A stretch of DNA of 63,377 bases, filler included, from Trichomonas gallinae (Eukaryota): assembly GCA_008369845.1 (NCBI GenBank). It is 5 parts of 5 records of this genome, joined end to end, with 100 filler letters (N's around TTAATTAATTAA, not from the genome) between each part and the next. Parts side by side here need not be neighbours in the genome. Positions count along the whole stretch, not along the records: positions 49,560 to 61,918 come from MRSU01000321.1; positions 62,019 to 63,377 come from MRSU01000359.1; 3 more parts are not named here. One strand, 5' to 3'. The notes under the pieces are model-generated. The model saw nothing but the letters and a program-made list of their open reading frames with translations. It did no database searches and was not told the origin of the DNA. Positions 57,206 to 63,377 of the stretch are shown here, piece after piece (the first letter of the stretch is position 1; each line of letters opens with the position of its first letter). A program made the position numbers and the translations under genes.

Positions 57206-57625
57206 CCCCATAATAACAAAACCGGACCCTAACAGTATTCACCCCGTAATAATAATTACAGACCCTATTTTTTATTTCTCCCCATAATAACCAAATTCAA
57301 ATTTTAGAAAAATAATAACTCTTTATAAAGCATATCTACATTCTAATGACTGACATAGTACACTGTAATAAGTGTTTAATAATAGAGTTACGCTTGCAAA
57401 TTATCAGCATCCATGTTTGTTTTGGAAACCCGATTTCGAATTTGTCCAAAATCGTATTTTATTGTATATATTTGGCATATATTATATACCTTGTGGTGTA
57501 GAGTCATTTCTTACAATATGAATATATATTAACTAAATAGAATTTGTTCTATATGGGCCGGAAAAAAATTTGACACGGCAGTTTTATACATATTTTGTTC
57601 CCCATAATAAAAATAGCAGACCCTA
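57206..57625 (+). repeat. Three copies of CCCCRTAATAA-N8-GACCCTA plus one half-site
   Basis: Full copies at 57206-57231, 57242-57267 and 57600-57625; CCCCATAATAA alone at 57280-57290. Confidence 0.85.
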
Positions 57626-57687
57626 TTTTATCCCCCTGTTTTATTTTTTAGCCCCTTGTTTTAATGTGTGCGTTTACTTTTTAGTGA

Positions 57688-58362
57688 ATGAGTGAGAAAA
57701 AAGAAGATTCCGGATATCTTGTCCATCTTTTCGTGGGCGATCAAAACACAGCTGAGCTCGCTGTTCTTCAGAAGATAGCAATGAAGTTCGGTCTCACGGC
57801 CTGGGATCACATGACTCAATATCTTCCTTGGAGAAACAGAGCTGCCCTCAGAACTACTATGTGCAAGATCATCAGAAAGCAGGCTCTTTCTGAATATGAT
57901 GGAATTCGTGCAGATCCAATTAGAATTCAGAAAGATAATGATTTAATTGCTGAACAGATCCAGAAAGGCAAAGGAGATGGTGAATATTTGTTCAAAGGTG
58001 GCGTTCTAGTTAACGCGCGCTGGGATAGAAGTGCTGAAGAATGGAATCGAGTTCGAAGAATCAATTCTGAAAAATACGAGATTTCAGAAGCCGAAGCTAA
58101 AGAAATTACGATACCTTCCATCATCTCTATTGATTACATGCGCCAGCAGTGCTTCAAGCGCAAACAATCTTTGCTTGTTAGAAGAGCCGCTTTATTGGCT
58201 GAAAAAGCAAGACGTAATGGCGAAAAATCTCCAAACTTAAGAGTTGAAGACCTCCAAATTAGAACTGGCCGCGATATTGTAATTCCGCAGCCAAGCAAGA
58301 AATTGAACCTCGATAAGAACCCAGAAGACTGCTTCTTCAAAGTTCCATCCGATAGCCAATGA
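57688..58362 (+). CDS. Myb/SANT-like protein, candidate p1 subunit of the MTA1c (AMT1) DNA 6mA methyltransferase complex
   Basis: LQKIAMKFGLTAW..YLPWR HTH followed by QALSEYDGIRADP..DN, FKGGVLVN and SAEE...NSEKYEI...ITIP, matching my recollection of ciliate/fungal p1. Confidence 0.6.
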   Translation: MSEKKEDSGYLVHLFVGDQNTAELAVLQKIAMKFGLTAWDHMTQYLPWRNRAALRTTMCKIIRKQALSEYDGIRADPIRIQKDNDLIAEQIQKGKGDGEYLFKGGVLVNARWDRSAEEWNRVRRINSEKYEISEAEAKEITIPSIISIDYMRQQCFKRKQSLLVRRAALLAEKARRNGEKSPNLRVEDLQIRTGRDIVIPQPSKKLNLDKNPEDCFFKVPSDSQ

Positions 58363-58761
58363 AACTATGAGCTATCTCCTATTTTTGAAATTATGGAATT
58401 TTTAAGGACTTTCAAATCCAAAATTTGTGATATCCACAGCATATACGTATGTTTATTTATACTATAAATACTGTTATCAAACACAAAAAGCAATGTATTT
58501 TATGTCCACATCAAAACATGAAAATTAAAGCATATGATTGATTTCATAACATTTCATGTAGATTTATTAACACATTATAAGACTCATTTTCTAAATTTCC
58601 GAAAATAATTTCGAAACAGATTAAAAATCTGTAAAGTTGTATAATATAAGATCATCCCACTATTTCTGGTTCTCATGTACTTAAGTAATATACTTGTAAA
58701 AATAAGCTTGGGTTCAAAGAATTTACAAAATTTCAAACATTTATTAACAAACAAGAATAAT

Positions 58762-59697
58762 TTAACGAAAATCACCAACAGCCTTTGTTGGTGTATATGG
58801 AATATCAATATTGCTCGTGTATTTGGAGATGAAAGTCATGTTTCTCCTAACAACCATAACTGATTTTCTCCAATCCGATTTCAACATGGACTTCTGGTTG
58901 TTCCTTCTTTCAAATACACCGAAGTACTTCAACCTGAGCATGTTCGAAACTGGTAGTCTATTGTTTGGCTGAACATTAAGACATTTTGAGATAACATCTC
59001 TTAAATCCTCATCTTCAATGAGGAATTTGTTATAATGGCCTTCTTTGATGTGAGTTTTTAATGATTTCATGTCCTTGGAAGAGAATGGTAATGTTTTCGT
59101 AGCCATGAAGTAGATGATGCATCCAAGTGACCAGATATCAGAATACATTGGGCTGACATTCTGATTCTCTAATAATTCTGGAGGTAAAAAGAAGTTAGTT
59201 GAAATCATGTACATAGGAAGGTTGTCGTTCGGGGCATTGACAATATGCTTAAGGTCAAGAAAATTGATCTTAATGCTGCCATGGCTGTCAATCAAAAAGT
59301 TGCTCAGTGTAAAGTCACCAATATAAATGTTATTGTCGTGGCAAGCCTTTACAGCATTTACGACCTGTCTAATGTAGTCCTTTAGCATATTCTCTGAAAC
59401 ATTTTCTGTTTCCAGAATCAACTTTTCAAGGTTACTTGGGCAGTATTCCATTAAGAGGTAGACTGACGAGTCGAATTTGTAGTATTGATGCAAGTGCACG
59501 AAGTAAGGATTATTGATGGCGATGAGATTGTCTAAGTCCGCATTGTTGAACAGGTGGTGAGGATATTTTTTAAGAGCGTATTGGTTCTTATCGTGAGTAG
59601 AAGTAACTAAGTATACAAGACCATTGTTTCCTCGAGCAAGGACCTTTTCAATGACTATTCCGTTTTTAGAAAAATACTCACTCTCCCTGTAATTCAT
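58762..59697 (-). CDS. Probable pseudokinase, divergent paralog of the 12679 and 15651 kinases
   Basis: Same scaffold (VYLLMEYCP, VKACHDNNI, DIWSLG) but HNDIKPSN becomes IGDFTLSN, DFG becomes NFL, APE becomes PPE. First ATG 59697. Confidence 0.82.
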   Translation of the reverse strand: MNYRESEYFSKNGIVIEKVLARGNNGLVYLVTSTHDKNQYALKKYPHHLFNNADLDNLIAINNPYFVHLHQYYKFDSSVYLLMEYCPSNLEKLILETENVSENMLKDYIRQVVNAVKACHDNNIYIGDFTLSNFLIDSHGSIKINFLDLKHIVNAPNDNLPMYMISTNFFLPPELLENQNVSPMYSDIWSLGCIIYFMATKTLPFSSKDMKSLKTHIKEGHYNKFLIEDEDLRDVISKCLNVQPNNRLPVSNMLRLKYFGVFERRNNQKSMLKSDWRKSVMVVRRNMTFISKYTSNIDIPYTPTKAVGDFR

Positions 59698-61918
59698 AGT
59701 TGAAAAATAATTTATGAAAAGTGTCACGATTATTTGATTTTTGTGAGTCTTTTCAAAATATTTGAAAAGAAATCGTGTTAATTCTATTAAACTATGGGAG
59801 ATTAATATTATAACGATGTTCAAAAATTGAAAAGAAAAAATAATATTTAAAAATATTAATCTAGAAACAATAATGAAGTGGGAAGGAAATTCTGTAAACT
59901 AATGTATTTGAAAACAACCGTGCTCATAAACTACTGAATTTTTGAATAAAACGTTTGAAGCTGCTGAAAATAAAAGTTATATTATTGCTAAATAAATGAT
60001 ATATTATTAAAATTAATAAAATTTTTATGTAATTTCTTACTTATTCAAATAATTGCTTACTTATGAATTCATGTTAATATTATTACACAAAGCATATGAT
60101 AACGCTGTAGATTAATCATTCATCTGATAGTTGAAAATGATAAGAAAATAATGCTTAAAAATACATCTATATCTTAAGATTAAAGTTTTGCCTGAATTAC
60201 TGCAGCGGGAAAGAAAATTCAAACTTATTAACAAAAATCAATTGAATATTAATAGTTTGAATTTTGTGTAGTCAAACAAAAATCTATTGAAATTTGTTTG
60301 AGGAGCATGAACTCTATTCATATATATATCAAAATTCATGACGAGCAATATTTAGATTCAAAACGAAAAAACGAATAAGACTTTTGAAGTTCTCTTTCAA
60401 ATTAATTTAAAATTCACACCATTTTAAATTACATTTGCAATGGATATCACTAAATTTTTGGACCGAGAAATTCTTGCTTTCAAAAAGTGAATCTCGTATA
60501 ATCGAATTAAGAGGTTAATTACCGATATGGTTGTTCTTTGATTATTGCCAATAGATGACATGGAGTAATATTTCCAACACCTATCATTTCCTATTTTCGC
60601 TATTTTATTTTCAATAACTTGCATTTGCACACCATATCATATACGGATATGAATTTTCCAATCAAATTTCATTTTCACTTCTTGATTTTCATTGTCCAGA
60701 AAAATTTTCAAGGAATTTCCTAGCTTTTTAATCATTATGTAATACTTCGTATAATGTCATCAAATTATGCACCAAAATATTTTTTCAATGTACGTTATTT
60801 CATTTTATTTATTACTAATAATTTATTCCATATATAATATTATTTATTATTTTATAATTTTCGCTAATTTTGTCAAAATTTATAATTTGAAAATTAGGCA
60901 ATACTCTTTGGAACTTCCATAAATATATCAGGTTTATATATCTGACTTATTTTCTACATTATCAGATAATATTGTCATAGAATTGGAAATACAAATCAAA
61001 TTTTATTAACGGATACATGGTTTTGTTTATATTGTTCATTTAACTTTTCAATCTTATACACTTGTTTATCAATTATTTTGCATAATATCTTTTAATTTTG
61101 TTATTTTTTGATATAGTTTTTGCTCAATTTCACAATATATCCATATTTCTCCCATTTTTCTCGATAATACCATGTAAATATGATATGATACAATCGTCAA
61201 ATATTAGTTTAAATATATATGAAATATTCTAAAAAAAATGCTTTATACATATAGGCTACAACTTTCAATATTTTAATAACAAAGTTATTATATGACAAAT
61301 ATGTACATCTTACATATGTTTGTGCATCAAAAATTTGCAATAATAAAAATTCTTTAAAAAACTATTTTAAGAATAGCAGTAACCATATATGAGTATGATC
61401 ATTTAACTGATCTTTGTCAATATATAATGTTTAAAGATGTAAATTCATAAAATATGAAATGCTGAGCATCCATACAAATAAGATAGTCGTGTCAGTCTGG
61501 TTTCATTCTAATACAACAAAGAAGCAAGATCTGTATTAAATGGAAATTGCTCTTTTGTAATATTGAATCGATTACTGTCGTTTGAAAAATATTAGATAAG
61601 ATTATCGAAAGAAGGGAATATGAATAATATGTGTAAAATTAAATGTAATTTTGGCTATTGCGATTGATTGCATAAAGACAAGCAGATGGATCGATGAAAT
61701 TTCGAAAGATGAATATATCTTGCGAGTTTCGATGAGAAATGAATTGCGTTAAACCAGCATCAATGGAATTATCTTTCGAATAACACTCGAATTTTGTGTT
61801 TAACATTGTTAAATCAAAGTAATCGAATGGAAAAGCAAACTATAGTGGAATCAAAAAATAGGCCTAGACGATAAATATTGAGGGGGAGGATTATGTATTG
61901 TAAGCACTTTTTGTGAGG

Positions 61919-62018
61919 NNNNNNNNNNNNNNNNNNNNNNNNNNNNNNNNNNNNNNNNNNNNTTAATTAATTAANNNNNNNNNNNNNNNNNNNNNNNNNN
62001 NNNNNNNNNNNNNNNNNN
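61919..62018. other. Artificial assembly linker
   Basis: N44-TTAATTAATTAA-N44. Confidence 0.97.
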
Positions 62019-62651
62019 TATCTCAAGGACATGACTTCCAACAGTTCAACAATCATCAAGATCCTTCCTATGCCAAGTTGGTCCAATGAAAGTTTTCCCG
62101 AGCCGAATTTTACAAAAATAATCAAATCATTTAGAATTCTTGAAGTAACTCGATGAGCTCGTTAAAAGTTTTCATTTTCTCCAGTGCGCAATATAGAGGA
62201 GTCTATATGCACTTTACCATGAGTTTTTCACGATAAGCTTGACCCTCTGTATAGAGCTAAAGAAAACTTTTCTCGAACTGGGTAAACAGACCTCATAACG
62301 CAAAAATTTTCAATTTTTTGTTGCGTCAAAAACGAAGTACAAATTCTTGATTATCAGTGATCATCTTGTTTTCTCAACAGATTTAACATCATTAGAGTTC
62401 ACTTTATTCATCTGCATCAAAACACCGTCGAAAAGCACAACTCATGACACTGAGCAAGAGCTTTTTGAAAAAAAGGTGTAATAAAACCCCTCCACACTAA
62501 AAAATACGGGGAAAAACCATATTAGAATGTGATTCAAAACCCAATAGTCTATGATGTTCGGTGTCAGTCCATAGGCTATCTATATCTGTTTTCAGATCGA
62601 ATCTATCACACCCCTAACTTGAGATGCTCACAATTTGCCGGACACCCTATA
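62019..62651 (-). mobile_element. Possible decayed Tc1/mariner-like element (one end visible)
   Basis: Minus strand begins TATAGGGTGTCCGGCAAATTG; interior is GC-richer with broken frames (SRILNDL / YFCKIRLGKTFIGPTWHRK); runs into the linker. Confidence 0.35.
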
Positions 62652-62946
62652 TCTACAGTTCTACAGCAAAATGCTCTAAAATTTGATGAGTTCTGATGAC
62701 TATTGTTTGTCAAATACTCGCTCAATGCAGTCGTTCAATTCTGATCCTATGCCTACAATAATTAAAACATTTCATTGATTCGAGAAAACTTAGTTGCAGG
62801 CGAAAACTTTTCAGTTTCATCAGATTAAGAATTTGGATTAATCAAGAAAAAACATTGTTTGTTTTTTTAGATGGAAAAAAAGTCGGGTTTATTCTATTTT
62901 GACAATGTTTTCGAATAAAGATGCAGCACCAGGGATAACAGCGCTG

Positions 62947-63377
62947 TTATATGAAGAAGCGCGTGATTGTGAATGACGCGAAGCTGCCGAAGCCACGAAA
63001 AAATCCTTGAGAACACTGCAAATCTTTCTTCGCACATGCAAAATCGATGCCATCTGGTTGACATTTGTATGTATAAAAATGCTGGAGAAAATTCAATAAA
63101 AACGCATTAGAATAAATACTTTGTTTTAAAACTCCACCACTTTCACTGAATGAGTCAACGTGGCTGTCTTTGACGATGAATTTGCCATTATAAAGATAAA
63201 ATAATTTTCCTGGGTAAGGTTTGTTTCCAAAAAAGCAGCATGAGTCAACGGTCAAATTATGTCTACTTTCACTGTAAACGATGGAACTGCCTGAATCTCC
63301 TGAAGAAGAGATTTCGTTGTTGATGATGTTCGAATTCGTCAAAAAGTAGACTCCTGAGAAATAATGAACGGCAACTC
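62947..63377 (-). CDS. Beta-helix-like family protein, 5'-truncated by the window edge
   Basis: TNSNIINN, VDSCCFFGN, LQHFYTYKC; similar in style to 34542-35513. Confidence 0.7.
   Translation of the reverse strand, partial: VAVHYFSGVYFLTNSNIINNEISSSGDSGSSIVYSESRHNLTVDSCCFFGNKPYPGKLFYLYNGKFIVKDSHVDSFSESGGVLKQSIYSNAFLLNFLQHFYTYKCQPDGIDFACAKKDLQCSQGFFRGFGSFASFTITRFFI

Noticed and set aside
53300..58362. GCN5 and the p1-like gene as a functional chromatin gene cluster
   Set aside because: They are separated by unrelated genes (Vta1-like, V-ATPase E) and trichomonad gene order is not operonic; proximity is probably chance.
60424..60720. Minus-strand fragment NSLKIFLDNENQEVKMKFDWKIHIRI*YGV resembling a TKL kinase segment
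   Set aside because: Too short and interrupted; no downstream kinase motifs found.
1168..63342. Many short ORFs antisense to or overlapping the main genes (e.g. 4058-4324, 6088-6498, 37670-38254, 55513-55854, 56583-56849)
   Set aside because: Shadow frames of real CDSs; mostly non-ATG starts and no recognisable motifs.
1..63377. Spliceosomal introns, tRNA or rRNA genes
   Set aside because: I saw no ACTAACACACAG-type 3' splice motif, cloverleaf or rRNA-like sequence by eye; very short introns could have been missed.

Overview
AT-rich, gene-dense eukaryotic DNA with apparently intronless genes. The gene families (expanded non-RD CAMK-like kinases, ankyrin proteins, beta-helix-like proteins) and the core-promoter motifs (TCA[T/C][T/A] initiator-like and AAAGTGAC-like elements just upstream of ATGs) point to a trichomonad (Trichomonas-like parabasalid). 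The window is five sequence segments joined by four artificial 100-bp N44-TTAATTAATTAA-N44 linkers, so adjacency across linkers is unverified. About 34 CDSs are supportable, including DYRK and BRSK-like kinases, a SCY1-like pseudokinase, MON2, AHI1/jouberin-like, La, GCN5, Vta1-like, V-ATPase E, a Tul1-like RING ligase and a GT61-like enzyme. Best leads: (1) a 224-aa Myb-like protein (57688-58362) resembling the p1 subunit of the MTA1c/AMT1 DNA 6mA methyltransferase complex; (2) a Firmicute-type PaiA polyamine acetyltransferase, probably laterally transferred; (3) an LtaS/sulfatase-like membrane protein with apparently lost metal ligands; (4) two repeated non-coding motifs in promoter regions (TGHCAYGTAA and CCCCRTAATAA-N8-GACCCTA); (5) candidate Kolobok-like and Tc1/mariner-like termini, two of which interrupt genes at contig ends. 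All family calls come from motif recognition by eye; no searches were run.
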